From a phage: a DNA stretch of 64,000 nt. Of this stretch, positions 1 to 10,176 are shown in pieces. The position numbers were made by a program, and so were the translations under genes. The notes below the pieces were generated by a model. That model was not told the DNA's origin and did not search any database. It saw only the letters and a list, made by a program, of their open reading frames with translations. The stretch is from the sequence record PZ445511.1; one strand, written 5' to 3'. Each line of letters opens with the position of its first letter. Positions within the stretch are counted from its first letter, which is position 1.

Positions 1-62
1 CACATATTTATTATATCTTGTTGTAATTACGGAATAATCACCTTCCTGCTCAATTGATACAA

Positions 63-86
63 ATGCCCGTAAAGCATATACGGGCA
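63..86 (-). terminator. Possible hairpin terminator downstream of DNA polymerase gene
   Basis: Inverted repeat tgcccgta...tacgggca just past the polymerase stop; weak U-tract. Confidence 0.3.
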
Positions 87-94
87 ATTTGAAA

Positions 95-2662
95 TCAAGC
101 ACCTAAAATCCTTTTCACATTATCCAGATCTTTACATACAGCAATAAACTTATCATCCTTGTACTTGCTGTGGTCTGGATGCTCTTTATCCATTGCAGCT
201 AACTTCTTATACTCGAAATCTGCATCGAGTAATACACCCTTAACATAACGAGTATATTCATCATCATCAATACAAGCGATTGATGGGTGTTGCTTCTTCA
301 TTTTACCACAAGAGTAGTCACGAGAACCACCTTTTTCAGAGTCAGAATCAATACCGATTGGGCAGCCAGGGATACTAATACCACGATCCTTCTGGATGTT
401 ACGAATCAGAATCTCGTTATACTGATCGATCAGATCTTCACGTACAATGGCAACCACGGAGTCGTGAACCAACATGACGATCTTCATCTCTTTTCCTAGA
501 CCCAAGGACAGGATTTCTTCATCAGCATCAATAGCCCCTAACAGGAGACTATCAGAAGATGCAGACTGAATGATTGCGTTAAATCCAGAACGGATTTCTT
601 CACCCTGAACACCACGATCTTCGGAATGGATGTTATGCAGACGACGCTTACGACCAAAGTGACTATAGATGAATCCAAAGTTCTTGATCTGATCGTGGCA
701 CTTATCAATCCAACGCTTAAGCTGAGGGAACTGACCGAAGTAAGTTTCGATATAGTCCTTCGCATCTGCAACGGTACATTCAACAAACGGTTCGCCTGTC
801 TTAGCGGCCTGTTCCAGAAGAGCTTCGTTAACAGAGTGAGCTACTTTCGCTGGGCCAGAACCATACAGAATACCGAAGGTAATTGCCTTAGCAGCCTGAC
901 GCAGAGCTGGGAACAGCTTCTTAACATCACGTGGTTCACAAGTCAGTTTAAATACCATGTGCGCGATGTTTGAGTGGAAGTCAGGATATTTATCAGGCTC
1001 ATTCTTCATGTTGATAAATACTTGTTGCATATTTCTGTCACCAGACAGAACAGCAGCATAGTAAACTTCCGCAGTTGTTAAGTCCCATGCGATTACACGG
1101 TATCCAGGAGGAGCTACTACACAACCCTTGATAATAGACTCATCACGTGGTAACTGTTGCAGGTTCAGCTTACCAGAAGAACTCAGACGACCAGAAGTAG
1201 TCATGTGTTCGTGGAAGCCGGTACGAATGCAACCATCTGCATCGATGCTCAGAAGAATCTTCTCAACATAAGTAGAGATCAGCTTAGTCAGCTTACGAAT
1301 CTCTAGCAGAGTTTTAGCAATCGGGTGCTGAGTTGCTAGTTCGTTCAGAGCTTCTGCGTTTGTAGAATCTGCACCTGTATCCGTCAGTTTACCAGTTGGA
1401 GTCAAACCAACATAATCAAACAGAAGAACACGGAGTTGCTTAACAGAGTTCGGGTTAAACGCTTCGTTCTGATCCTTCTCCAGCTGAACGACTTCTGGAT
1501 AAGTATACAGCTTCTCACGAGCCATATTTAATCGATGTGTCAACTGATACTGAGCTTCTTTCAAGCGATCAACGGAAATCGGTACACCACGATCTTCAAC
1601 ACGTTGCAGGAATACACAACCAGGCATCAGAACTTCGTAGTATAGACTGCAAAGCTTTTCGTTCTTCTCAATTTTTGGTAAGAAGAAGTTATGCAGACGC
1701 AGAGTAGCATCGGTATCTTTTGCAGCATATGGCCACATAATATCAAAAGGAATCAGATCATAGCTGAAATCCTCTTTTTTGATCTTATGTGCCTTGCAAT
1801 AATCATCCTTGAACTTATCCAGTTCAAAGTCATAGTCACCCATGTCAGTGTACTTCATAGCCAGAGATTTCAAGCCGTGAGTACCACGACGTTCATCGAG
1901 AACATAGTGTTGTAACATGGTATCGTGAAGTCTACGCTCTTTATGCGCTTTCTCAAAGGAAAGTCCTAGATGATAGGAATAAAAGTGCATATCGAACTTC
2001 AAGTTATGAAAAACGATCTGATGATTCTTGCTATCCAGAATTTTCTGGAGATAATGTACAGCTACTTCGGTGATGCTGTCAGAGTCAATATAGACACCCT
2101 GATACTCTTGGTGAGACATAGAAACACCAAGAAGATAACCATCACGAGCATACAGAGCTGAGGTTTCGGAGTCGAATGCGATAGGTCCGATAACCATGTT
2201 ATACACCATCTTGATGTATTCTTCAGCTTCGTCTGGATCAGTAATAGGACGATAATCACCAGCTTTTGCAATCTTCTCACGACCATTAATAATGTCGTGA
2301 ATACTTTCAACAGTAGCATCGAAAACTGGTTTCATTTCAGGTTTAAAGTGTAGCTGAGCTGGACTAATACTTGCAATCCAGTTGGCATAGCCACCATGCT
2401 CTACACGTTTACCAGTATAATCACCGATACCTTTCTTACCTGCGAAATACAGGAAAGGTTCAGCACCGACTAGCACAACAAAATCGTAATCGTTCGGATC
2501 GAACGGGTTATCTGGAGTTCCGATTGTAATATGCTTTTTCAGCAAACGACCAGATAACTTCTCGTTACACATATGGAATACATCAACTTCCTCACCATAA
2601 AGCTGGAAGTGTTTATCATAACGAGTGTTATTTAGAGCTTTATCAACTACTGCAATTTTCAA
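95..2662 (-). CDS. Family A DNA polymerase with 3'-5' exonuclease domain (T5-type replicative polymerase)
   Basis: 855 aa; Exo I motif FDSETSAL, motif B KAITFGILYGSG, motif C LVHDSVV; strong SD aaggag before ATG. Confidence 0.95.
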   Translation of the reverse strand: MKIAVVDKALNNTRYDKHFQLYGEEVDVFHMCNEKLSGRLLKKHITIGTPDNPFDPNDYDFVVLVGAEPFLYFAGKKGIGDYTGKRVEHGGYANWIASISPAQLHFKPEMKPVFDATVESIHDIINGREKIAKAGDYRPITDPDEAEEYIKMVYNMVIGPIAFDSETSALYARDGYLLGVSMSHQEYQGVYIDSDSITEVAVHYLQKILDSKNHQIVFHNLKFDMHFYSYHLGLSFEKAHKERRLHDTMLQHYVLDERRGTHGLKSLAMKYTDMGDYDFELDKFKDDYCKAHKIKKEDFSYDLIPFDIMWPYAAKDTDATLRLHNFFLPKIEKNEKLCSLYYEVLMPGCVFLQRVEDRGVPISVDRLKEAQYQLTHRLNMAREKLYTYPEVVQLEKDQNEAFNPNSVKQLRVLLFDYVGLTPTGKLTDTGADSTNAEALNELATQHPIAKTLLEIRKLTKLISTYVEKILLSIDADGCIRTGFHEHMTTSGRLSSSGKLNLQQLPRDESIIKGCVVAPPGYRVIAWDLTTAEVYYAAVLSGDRNMQQVFINMKNEPDKYPDFHSNIAHMVFKLTCEPRDVKKLFPALRQAAKAITFGILYGSGPAKVAHSVNEALLEQAAKTGEPFVECTVADAKDYIETYFGQFPQLKRWIDKCHDQIKNFGFIYSHFGRKRRLHNIHSEDRGVQGEEIRSGFNAIIQSASSDSLLLGAIDADEEILSLGLGKEMKIVMLVHDSVVAIVREDLIDQYNEILIRNIQKDRGISIPGCPIGIDSDSEKGGSRDYSCGKMKKQHPSIACIDDDEYTRYVKGVLLDADFEYKKLAAMDKEHPDHSKYKDDKFIAVCKDLDNVKRILGA

Positions 2663-2724
2663 ATTTAGTCTCCTTTTGGTAAGTAAGTATAACTTCAGTG
2701 TTTCTTCTCTAACTTACCAATATA

Positions 2725-3615
2725 TTATACCAAATCTTTGAGCGATTCGGCAACTAAAATTTCAATACGTTGAGCCAACATATCGATCTCTTCTTTATTT
2801 AAATCACCTGGGTCTTTGCCTTCTGGAAGAAGGAAGTTACCAACTATAGGTGTTAAACGTGTTTTTGTACGAATTAGCTTCGCTAGTGCTTGGGCAGCTT
2901 TATTACCAGAGGCATCATTATCTAGCAAGATAACAACTACTCTTACTCCAGCAATAATGTAAGGACTAAACTTATCCGCAATGTTATCAGATGTAAACTG
3001 ATGTGTACCAAAGCAGCAAGAAGCATAATCTACACCATTGTCTTCTAGATTTAACATATCAAAGATACCTTCAACTAGAACAAGAACTGGTGTATTATAT
3101 CGTACAGGGAAAATCGGTGGTGAAACTTGTTTTGGTTTTACTAAGTATTTAGGAGGGGCAGAACTGTTTATAGAACGTCCCAGGAATAGGATATTGCGTC
3201 CAACAGCATCTGTTATTGGGAATACAATTCTGCCTTCCCAGTCTGCTTGATGTTGGAAAGCAAAATATTTCTTCAAGGTCTTAGAACTGATACCTCGGAA
3301 ATCACCTTCGAAAAGGTAAGCAGATTCAGGAATTGCAAGATTCGTAGATCCATTCCTAATCTCTGAAATCTTTTTACGTACTTGTGACAATCTTGGGGAC
3401 TGTCTGTACTGAGTCTCATTAAAATAATGGTAAATGCTCGGTATTCCTCTACCGAAGCCACAGCTCAAGCAATGCATAATACCTGATTCAGGATCAATAC
3501 GCAAGCTTGGGTGTTTATCATCATGATCTGGATTGAGACAACAGATGAGGATGTCCCCACCTGTGTCTTTGTATTCAATGCCTTTCAGATCAAGTAGTTC
3601 TGTTATTCTACTCAT
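2725..3615 (-). CDS. DnaG-like DNA primase
   Basis: 296 aa; N-terminal zinc-binding CxxH...CxxC region, TOPRIM-like EGxxD and DxD motifs (VLVEGIFDML, LLDNDASG). Confidence 0.8.
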   Translation of the reverse strand: MSRITELLDLKGIEYKDTGGDILICCLNPDHDDKHPSLRIDPESGIMHCLSCGFGRGIPSIYHYFNETQYRQSPRLSQVRKKISEIRNGSTNLAIPESAYLFEGDFRGISSKTLKKYFAFQHQADWEGRIVFPITDAVGRNILFLGRSINSSAPPKYLVKPKQVSPPIFPVRYNTPVLVLVEGIFDMLNLEDNGVDYASCCFGTHQFTSDNIADKFSPYIIAGVRVVVILLDNDASGNKAAQALAKLIRTKTRLTPIVGNFLLPEGKDPGDLNKEEIDMLAQRIEILVAESLKDLV

Positions 3616-5135
3616 ATATCGCTGGCCTGTTCACCTGTTGAATTTTCAGCTTTGTCTTTCTTAGCACGTTTAGGTTGAGCTGGTTTATCCTTTTCAATAG
3701 GAATAACGAACTCAGCTTCCATTTGCGCAATATCTTCCATTGCTAGGTTGGTAGTGTTATCCATTCGCAGAGTTTCCCAGTTCATCTTAGGCATAAACTT
3801 CACACTATCAGAGGAACGAGTCTTAACGAAGTCAAACATAATAGCACCTTGACCATTATCAGCTTTTGCAGCATTAAGATTAGCAGCCATATCTGCGGAA
3901 TCAAGAATCCCTTTAGACATACGCGTTCTACCATCTTGGTCAATCTGATAAGGAGCAACACCAGCCACGTTATGTTTCTGGCAGATAGATTTGAAAGACG
4001 AACTAACAACCATCTGTTCTTTCCAGTCATACATGTCAATGGTCTTTGAATCTGGAAGTCTTGTTTGGTTAATATAGTCTAGAAGAGCTACAGTAACCTT
4101 ATCACCATACTTAGCAACTAGTTTATTTAATTCTACGTCAACCGTCGTAATAGACAGTTCAGGATCGTAAACGATGATCATAGGAGTGTGAAGTTCATAG
4201 CTTTCAAGGAGTTTACTTTCCATATCATAGAAGTCACTCATTTTAGCCATAGTGTACTGCTTAACGAAACTATCGAAAAGCTCTTCACCACCATTAAACA
4301 TTCTAGCCCTAGTTCTGGCTAATCTCAACAGAGCAGCACCTTCAAGAGTGTTATTACGCATTGCTAATGCAGATACTCCAGCTAACATAGCCAGATTACG
4401 TCTAAACACTTCGTGCTCTTTCATCTCAATTGAGAAATATGGAGCAATGTCTCCATTCAAATATTGCTGAACCTGTATGTTTGAACAGATAATGGATTTA
4501 CCAGTACCACGCCAACCACCAAGCAGTAACGTTTCTGTGCGAGCTAAACCAATTTGAGCGTCGAACTCATTACAAATACCAAGAGCGATCAAGTTCAGTT
4601 TGGTATCTTCTTCTCTCTGGAAAATACGCATTGTGTCCGCGTTGAATACCTTTCCAGTATTCGTTACTTTCTCTTCTAATTTTAAGTGAAGGGAGGCAAC
4701 TCGATTGAGAATTTCTCCCTGATCCAGCATTGTTAAATCTTGAAGCACGTCTGTTTCTAGAAGTTTCAGGAATAGATCCTGTGTATATTCAGCTTCTAGG
4801 ACTTCAAGTGCCTGTTCCATGCTCACTTCTGGAATTTGAGTGTTAGCTAAGACGACAAGAGCTTGAGAAAGGCGGGCGTTCCTATTGGCCTCAAGCATCA
4901 GTGCGTCAATGGACGGCATTGCGTTATATTTCTTATAATAATTCTGGACGGCTTGGTAAATTGAGGAGAAAGCGTCATTAAAATGATCTTTATGCAGTTT
5001 TGAGAATGTTTCCAATGCTATTTGCTTCTGTTCAGAAGCGAGAAGCATCTTCAACACTACAGCTTGCACGTTAAACAAGGTCATTCTCCTTTGCACGCTT
5101 TCGTGCCTTCTAAATGCAAAAAGGGGAAGGAGCAT
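3612..5135 (-). CDS. DnaB-like replicative DNA helicase
   Basis: 507 aa; Walker A-like GGWRGTGKS; 4-nt overlap (ATGA) with primase gene; start could instead be the internal Met at 5084. Confidence 0.8.
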   Translation of the reverse strand: MLLPLFAFRRHESVQRRMTLFNVQAVVLKMLLASEQKQIALETFSKLHKDHFNDAFSSIYQAVQNYYKKYNAMPSIDALMLEANRNARLSQALVVLANTQIPEVSMEQALEVLEAEYTQDLFLKLLETDVLQDLTMLDQGEILNRVASLHLKLEEKVTNTGKVFNADTMRIFQREEDTKLNLIALGICNEFDAQIGLARTETLLLGGWRGTGKSIICSNIQVQQYLNGDIAPYFSIEMKEHEVFRRNLAMLAGVSALAMRNNTLEGAALLRLARTRARMFNGGEELFDSFVKQYTMAKMSDFYDMESKLLESYELHTPMIIVYDPELSITTVDVELNKLVAKYGDKVTVALLDYINQTRLPDSKTIDMYDWKEQMVVSSSFKSICQKHNVAGVAPYQIDQDGRTRMSKGILDSADMAANLNAAKADNGQGAIMFDFVKTRSSDSVKFMPKMNWETLRMDNTTNLAMEDIAQMEAEFVIPIEKDKPAQPKRAKKDKAENSTGEQASDI

Positions 5136-5148
5136 AGCCCCCTCCCCT
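5118..5148 (-). terminator. Rho-independent terminator after the 255-aa gene; helicase ATG sits in its loop
   Basis: On minus transcript a 9-bp GC-rich stem (aggggaggg/ccttcccct) followed by UUUU. Confidence 0.5.
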
Positions 5149-5166
5149 TAGGTTTAATTTACCAGA

Positions 5167-5934
5167 TTATTCAGCAGCCGCAGCTTTTGCATCCAGTTTA
5201 GCACGCTTAGCGGCACCATCATAGTCCTTAGCAACCAGACCACGACGAGACAGCATAGATTTAACACCGCGCTCAGACTTACCAGTTTTCTCAGCGATCT
5301 CAGCAACAGTCATGTTAGCCAGATCCAGACCTTCTAACAGATCTTCACGAGTTTTAGCACTTGAAGTTTCCTGTACCGGCATAGCAGCGATACGACCTTC
5401 ACGAAGCAGGCTCAGAGCTTTACCACGGATCTGCTTAATATTGCGACCGAAGTGAGCAGCGATAGCTTCAATAGTAGCACCAGCAACAACCTGATTAACG
5501 AAATCAGTTTCTTCGTCAGGAGTGAAGGAACGAACAGCAGCAGTTTTTTCAGTTGGCTTAACAGAAGCAGTCATTTCCAGACTCAGGATCTTACCCTGTA
5601 CCTGCTTAGCACCGAACTGACCACCAGCTACAGCAGCAGCGATTTCAGCGTAAGTATACTGACCAGCATGAGCGTTCAGGAAATCAACCAGTTCAGCTTC
5701 CTGTTCAGGAGTCCACGGGGATTTCTGTACTTCGTTAGCTTTCTGTACTTCGAAACCTTCTTTACGCAGCTTAGAGCCAACAGAGCGAGCGGTAACGTCT
5801 TTACCAGTCTCGGTAGCCAGTTCAGCAGCGATAGCAGCTACTTGTTCTTGAGAGATTACAGCAACACCCAGAGCAGTGGCTTTTGCTTTCAGAGACTCGG
5901 TTACACCTTCTACGTTCCAGTTCAGTTTAGACAT
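5167..5934 (-). CDS. Putative DNA-binding replication protein (possible T5 D5-like)
   Basis: 255 aa, Ala/Lys/Glu-rich with internal repeats; sits between ligase and helicase genes; identity inferred from position only. Confidence 0.4.
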   Translation of the reverse strand: MSKLNWNVEGVTESLKAKATALGVAVISQEQVAAIAAELATETGKDVTARSVGSKLRKEGFEVQKANEVQKSPWTPEQEAELVDFLNAHAGQYTYAEIAAAVAGGQFGAKQVQGKILSLEMTASVKPTEKTAAVRSFTPDEETDFVNQVVAGATIEAIAAHFGRNIKQIRGKALSLLREGRIAAMPVQETSSAKTREDLLEGLDLANMTVAEIAEKTGKSERGVKSMLSRRGLVAKDYDGAAKRAKLDAKAAAAE

Positions 5935-6709
5935 TATTATTTTTCTCCAATAGTTCTTTAATCGACAGGATTTCTATCCCATTCGTTTCGGCTTTCTTAT
6001 AAGATGAGGAAGAACGTTTTGATTCATCCTCACAGATTAGGTATTTGACGTCTTTGGTAACGGACTTCTTGACCGTATATCCTAGACTTTCTAAATAGTT
6101 TGTTGCATCCGTTCGATTTGCAAAATCTTGCAAAGATCCGGTAATACAGATCGTGATTCCATTTGGCTGGGCAACTAAATCATCTGTAATGATGATGTCA
6201 GCTTTAGCACCTCGGATACCAGTTGAGAATTTCCACGGTAATTCAATAACATCCTTGCCTTGTGGGGAATTTAGCCAGGTTTTGTAATTTTCTCCAGCCT
6301 TGCCGTCAGCCTTCACATCGTGGAAGCTAGTGCAATTTTGGGACAGTTTCTTTGCTGCAACCTCTCCAATAAGAGGAATTCCTAAAGAACCGAGAACTGA
6401 ACCAAAGTCAATGTCTCCGCGAACCTTAGTATTTAACTCGCTAATCAATTTAGCGGCAACCTTGCTACCCACAGCTCCGACCAAATCTTCTTCGGTCAGG
6501 TAAAACAGTTCTGAGATCTTAGTCAGCTCCAGCTTCTCAATAGTTTTCGGGCCAAAGCCCTTTAACTTCATTTTTGTGCAGAAGTTCTCGATTAACTTAC
6601 TTGATTGCGCTGGACAGTTGGACTTATTCCTACAGAATAATTGCCCGTTGACAAGATCTAGCTTAGAACCACAAGAGGGACATTGTGTTGGAATTTCGAT
6701 TTTCATCAA
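5927..6709 (-). CDS. ligB: NAD-dependent DNA ligase, C-terminal subunit (Zn finger, HhH, BRCT)
   Basis: 260 aa; zinc-finger CPSCGSKL...CRNKSNC at N-terminus, HhH-like and BRCT-like C-terminus; separate ORF from adenylation domain. Confidence 0.8.
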   Translation of the reverse strand: MMKIEIPTQCPSCGSKLDLVNGQLFCRNKSNCPAQSSKLIENFCTKMKLKGFGPKTIEKLELTKISELFYLTEEDLVGAVGSKVAAKLISELNTKVRGDIDFGSVLGSLGIPLIGEVAAKKLSQNCTSFHDVKADGKAGENYKTWLNSPQGKDVIELPWKFSTGIRGAKADIIITDDLVAQPNGITICITGSLQDFANRTDATNYLESLGYTVKKSVTKDVKYLICEDESKRSSSSYKKAETNGIEILSIKELLEKNNNV

Positions 6710-6736
6710 ATTTCTTCCTTATCAATTTATATAAAT

Positions 6737-6765
6737 ATTATAGCAAGTATTTAAGCATTTAGCAA
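6737..6765 (-). promoter_or_regulatory. Sigma70 promoter for ligB (minus strand)
   Basis: Reverse complement reads ttgcta-17bp-tataat followed by conserved atttatataaattga leader. Confidence 0.6.
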
Positions 6766-6908
6766 CTACAATTTTAACTAACTTTGCTTACCCTCGCCAT
6801 AACTTTCTATCCCTCAACTGAATGATAATAGTATATACCTAAGCGGCGAAAATGTCAATAACCACTTTATAATTCCGACATGGTAAATGGGTAGCAAAGG
6901 GTTACGAA

Positions 6909-7880
6909 TTAGTCGTATACTCGCTCTACTATACAAGGGATTACACCACCAGCACGAATCACTCGAATCTGGCAACCGATCTCTAAATCGAGAGCGTTAA
7001 TATAATCAACGTTATTAAGAGTTGCTTTAACGATTGTGGCATCATCAATAATCACCGGTTCGAAATAACCAACTGGAGTTACTTTACCAGAAGCCCCTAC
7101 TTGCCATTCAACTTTAACAAGTGTGGTAATTTCGCCTTCTTCATCCTCTTTAATAGCAAATGCACCACGAGGAAATTTATTAGTCCAACCTTCACGGAAG
7201 AATTTATTGTTGTCGTTAATGCGAACAACTTTACCATCTGTCGGAATCCATTTAAAGAAGGAACGAACATTAACAACTGTCAAGAAGTTCTCATTCTCTA
7301 GCCAAAGCATATCTTTTAAATAGGCTTCTGTAATACCGACTGTTTCCGCTGAACACTGGATACCATATGCAACGAAGATTAAACCACCTTCACCAATACG
7401 TTGGATGAAATCATCGCTGTCTTTCAGGTTAATAGCACCCGAAGCGTAGTTACGTTTGTTCTCTACTTCTTTAGTAATTAGAACTTCACCAGTGATTTGA
7501 GTTGGTACTTTTTGGGAAATAGTTTTGGGGATGTTCAGCATTTTAACATTATGCGTTACATCATTCCCTAGAATACCGTTACCACGAGTTAACGCTTGAA
7601 CAAACTCACCATTAATATATAATAGAGAAATCGCACAACCATCTAACTTATCAGTTTCAACCTGACCAAGTGGGTTGAATGGAGCTTTATCACCACGATC
7701 GTAATAGACTTTCTGCAAAGAATACATACGATACAAATGAGGGATATCACCTTTCGGTCCGATTTCTTCCTCTAGTGGGAATCTTTTAATCAGACGATCA
7801 TATTCTTCGTCAGAGATTAAAGACATACCTTGATAATATGCTTCTTGACAGCGTTTAATAAATTCTTTTACATTAGTCAT
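6909..7880 (-). CDS. ligA: NAD-dependent DNA ligase, adenylation-domain subunit
   Basis: 323 aa; KxDG adenylation motif (ETDKLDGCAISL); N-terminal Ia-like region. Confidence 0.85.
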   Translation of the reverse strand: MTNVKEFIKRCQEAYYQGMSLISDEEYDRLIKRFPLEEEIGPKGDIPHLYRMYSLQKVYYDRGDKAPFNPLGQVETDKLDGCAISLLYINGEFVQALTRGNGILGNDVTHNVKMLNIPKTISQKVPTQITGEVLITKEVENKRNYASGAINLKDSDDFIQRIGEGGLIFVAYGIQCSAETVGITEAYLKDMLWLENENFLTVVNVRSFFKWIPTDGKVVRINDNNKFFREGWTNKFPRGAFAIKEDEEGEITTLVKVEWQVGASGKVTPVGYFEPVIIDDATIVKATLNNVDYINALDLEIGCQIRVIRAGGVIPCIVERVYD

Positions 7881-7911
7881 TTATTTATATCTCTCATCAA
7901 TTTATATAAAT

Positions 7912-7940
7912 ATTATATAACAAAACTGAGTCGAAAGCAA
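7912..7940 (-). promoter_or_regulatory. Sigma70 promoter for ligA (minus strand)
   Basis: Reverse complement ttgctt-17bp-tataat plus atttatataaattgatgagag leader. Confidence 0.6.
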
Positions 7941-7950
7941 GTACATTTAT

Positions 7951-7985
7951 AAAGAAAAAGCCAAGAATGCCTAGTTCTTGGCTTT
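7951..7985 (-). terminator. Rho-independent terminator (minus strand)
   Basis: Minus transcript hairpin gccaagaa...ttcttggc followed by UUUUU. Confidence 0.6.
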
Positions 7986-8276
7986 GAGTTCTTCAGCTCG
8001 TTTCTGTACTTCATGCAATACCTCGGATTCACTGAGGATTTGCGTAAAAGCGTAAAATAGCTGTGATGTAGTTTCTAGGGTATAAGGAAAAGAGAAGCCG
8101 GATTTCGTTGGAAACCACTCTCCAGTAATATCTTGGAGCCAGTAACGAATTCCCATGTATAGATTCCCACGAAATTCAGATACGGTTAGTCTTACTTGTT
8201 CCCCCTCCTTCTCCCAAAGCATGATGGACTGGTCGTCAACGTGTCCTTCATAGTTTTGATTTACCTGATCGCTCAT
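7971..8276 (-). CDS. Hypothetical protein
   Basis: 101-aa ORF in operon context; no recognisable motif. Confidence 0.5.
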   Translation of the reverse strand: MSDQVNQNYEGHVDDQSIMLWEKEGEQVRLTVSEFRGNLYMGIRYWLQDITGEWFPTKSGFSFPYTLETTSQLFYAFTQILSESEVLHEVQKRAEELKAKN

Positions 8277-8292
8277 TTACATATCCCAAATA

Positions 8293-8318
8293 CACAAAAA
8301 GCCCCATATAGGGGCTAA
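8293..8318 (-). terminator. Rho-independent terminator (minus strand)
   Basis: agcccc-tata-ggggct hairpin followed by U-run on minus transcript. Confidence 0.55.
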
Positions 8319-8326
8319 TTGGTTTC

Positions 8327-8623
8327 TTATCGGCCTACTGGAGAAGCACGATCTAACTCTGACTGGAGGCTCGTCACACGGCGAACTTTCGCAACAGGAA
8401 TAAAACGGAAGCTATCATTAGTACGAGAGAAAACGAGGATTTCATCTTCTTTCGGCTTACGGATGCGCTCACGTTTAATACGCTCAGCCAGGTATTTATC
8501 CTGAGCTGGATCAAATTCCATCGTACCCTGAAGGTACGTGGTTCCTTTCTGACGAAGTTTTTCGTAATGAAGATAAAACTCACCAAATTTTTCGCATTGA
8601 GCAATAATTTCAGCTTTGTTCAT
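8327..8623 (-). CDS. Hypothetical protein
   Basis: 98-aa ORF with SD aggaa upstream. Confidence 0.5.
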   Translation of the reverse strand: MNKAEIIAQCEKFGEFYLHYEKLRQKGTTYLQGTMEFDPAQDKYLAERIKRERIRKPKEDEILVFSRTNDSFRFIPVAKVRRVTSLQSELDRASPVGR

Positions 8624-8659
8624 AACTGTATTCCTTGTATTGGTGGATTTATCTAAGAT

Positions 8660-9070
8660 TTACTTAGTGATAGCTCGGATAGCTTCTGCCAGATGAGCAG
8701 CTGCTTTACCGGTCAGCTTGTCGATGATTGCGTCGTCCAGGAAGTCCGGTGCTAAGCCAGCATCAGAGAATGCAGAGCGAAGATCGGAGTGAGCCTGAGC
8801 TTTGGAAGTACGAGAACCACCAGAAGCTTTTTCTCCAGTAGATGCGCTTGATTTAGAAGTAGAGCCAGCAGCTTTCTTGATATACAGACCTGCTTTGGTC
8901 AGCTTCATACGAAAACCGTTCGGAGTTACACCATTTTCCTGAGCAATTTCGCTAACAATTTCCATGCTAACGCCCGGACGTTCATCTTCTGGGAATTGCT
9001 CCATACGAGCGACGTAGTCGGAAGACATTTTTTCGAACAGTTCATCAGTCCACTGAGTTGGAGTAGTCAT
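8660..9070 (-). CDS. Hypothetical protein
   Basis: 136-aa ORF directly downstream of a minus-strand promoter. Confidence 0.55.
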   Translation of the reverse strand: MTTPTQWTDELFEKMSSDYVARMEQFPEDERPGVSMEIVSEIAQENGVTPNGFRMKLTKAGLYIKKAAGSTSKSSASTGEKASGGSRTSKAQAHSDLRSAFSDAGLAPDFLDDAIIDKLTGKAAAHLAEAIRAITK

Positions 9071-9128
9071 ATTTTTCGATTTCCTTAATTAAGAATTAAA
9101 CAGAATAGTTCTTTCAAACTATGAGAAT

Positions 9129-9157
9129 ATTATATCAAGAATTACAGGATTAAGCAA
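9129..9157 (-). promoter_or_regulatory. Sigma70 promoter (minus strand)
   Basis: Reverse complement ttgctt-17bp-tataat. Confidence 0.55.
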
Positions 9158-9177
9158 CTGAAATTTTTCAGTAACTG

Positions 9178-9411
9178 CTACACATCTAGTTCAACGATCT
9201 CCCAATCGTCGGCCAGAGCTTCTTCTAGACTAAGATTAACTACTGTTACTATCGGGCGTACGCAGTGTATACTAGGCCACTCATATAGCTTAACAGTGTC
9301 ACTATCTACATCAAATTTTAACAAGAATGTAAAGTCTCGGGTGTTCTTCCAGCTATCTCGCTGGAGATATTTTACGTCTCCAGCTTTTAACAGATCAGTT
9401 AGTTTACTCAC
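9178..9411 (-). CDS. Hypothetical protein
   Basis: 77-aa ORF, 8-nt overlap with upstream gene. Confidence 0.45.
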   Translation of the reverse strand: MSKLTDLLKAGDVKYLQRDSWKNTRDFTFLLKFDVDSDTVKLYEWPSIHCVRPIVTVVNLSLEEALADDWEIVELDV

Positions 9412-10108
9412 GGCGTTTTCCTTTCTCTTTATCGAGTTTCAGTGCAGCTTTAACAGCTTCATTAACCAACGTGATAACTTCTTCACGGCCCCATTTAAAG
9501 CCAAGAGCTTTAACATCAACTCCCAGCTTTTCCAGATGTTTAACAGAAGCTAATTCGTAGTGCATATAGTGAACGTTCTGTTGTTTACCTTCTGATAACA
9601 ACCAAACACGATAGCAACCAACTGGGTTAGTCATTGCTTTCTTGATTTCACCAATACACTGATAGCCAGGAACCCAAACAAGTTCACCAACTTCAAATTC
9701 CTCTGCCATTGCATCATCAGGAATCAACGGAGGATTCAATGGATCAACAATATCATTTAAACGAAGCAGAGCACCATAACGTTCCAGAACAGATTTAATC
9801 ATCGCTACAGAACGATAGTTACGATCTGCGATTTCTTCAAAAGAATCACCAGAAAGATACTGTTCAATTACGTTTGCAAGCTCAACACCTTCAATCAGTG
9901 TTCCGCGCTTCTTCTTTTTCATTTCCGCAACCTGAACCTGACGATCCCTCCATTCCTCGATCATTCGTTCCATAGTTGGGTTAGAAGAAACACCGAGCAT
10001 TTCACATGCTGCTTTCTTAGTACCACCGTTCTCCAGATGTTCAATGACCTTTTTAAAGGTTTCATCAGGGATTTCATGGATAAGTTTCTTTCTACGAGAA
10101 CCAGCCAT
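9404..10108 (-). CDS. Putative DNA-binding protein with helix-turn-helix
   Basis: 234 aa; HTH-like segment KKAACEMLGVSSNPTMERMI near N-terminus. Confidence 0.5.
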   Translation of the reverse strand: MAGSRRKKLIHEIPDETFKKVIEHLENGGTKKAACEMLGVSSNPTMERMIEEWRDRQVQVAEMKKKKRGTLIEGVELANVIEQYLSGDSFEEIADRNYRSVAMIKSVLERYGALLRLNDIVDPLNPPLIPDDAMAEEFEVGELVWVPGYQCIGEIKKAMTNPVGCYRVWLLSEGKQQNVHYMHYELASVKHLEKLGVDVKALGFKWGREEVITLVNEAVKAALKLDKEKGKRRE

Positions 10109-10139
10109 ATTTAAACTCCTCTCTCAAATTTATGAATCT

Positions 10140-10168
10140 ATTATACAGAAAATTTTTCCTGAAAGCAA
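10140..10168 (-). promoter_or_regulatory. Sigma70 promoter (minus strand)
   Basis: Reverse complement ttgctt-17bp-tataat plus agattcataaatttgagag leader. Confidence 0.55.
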
Positions 10169-10176
10169 ATAAATTT

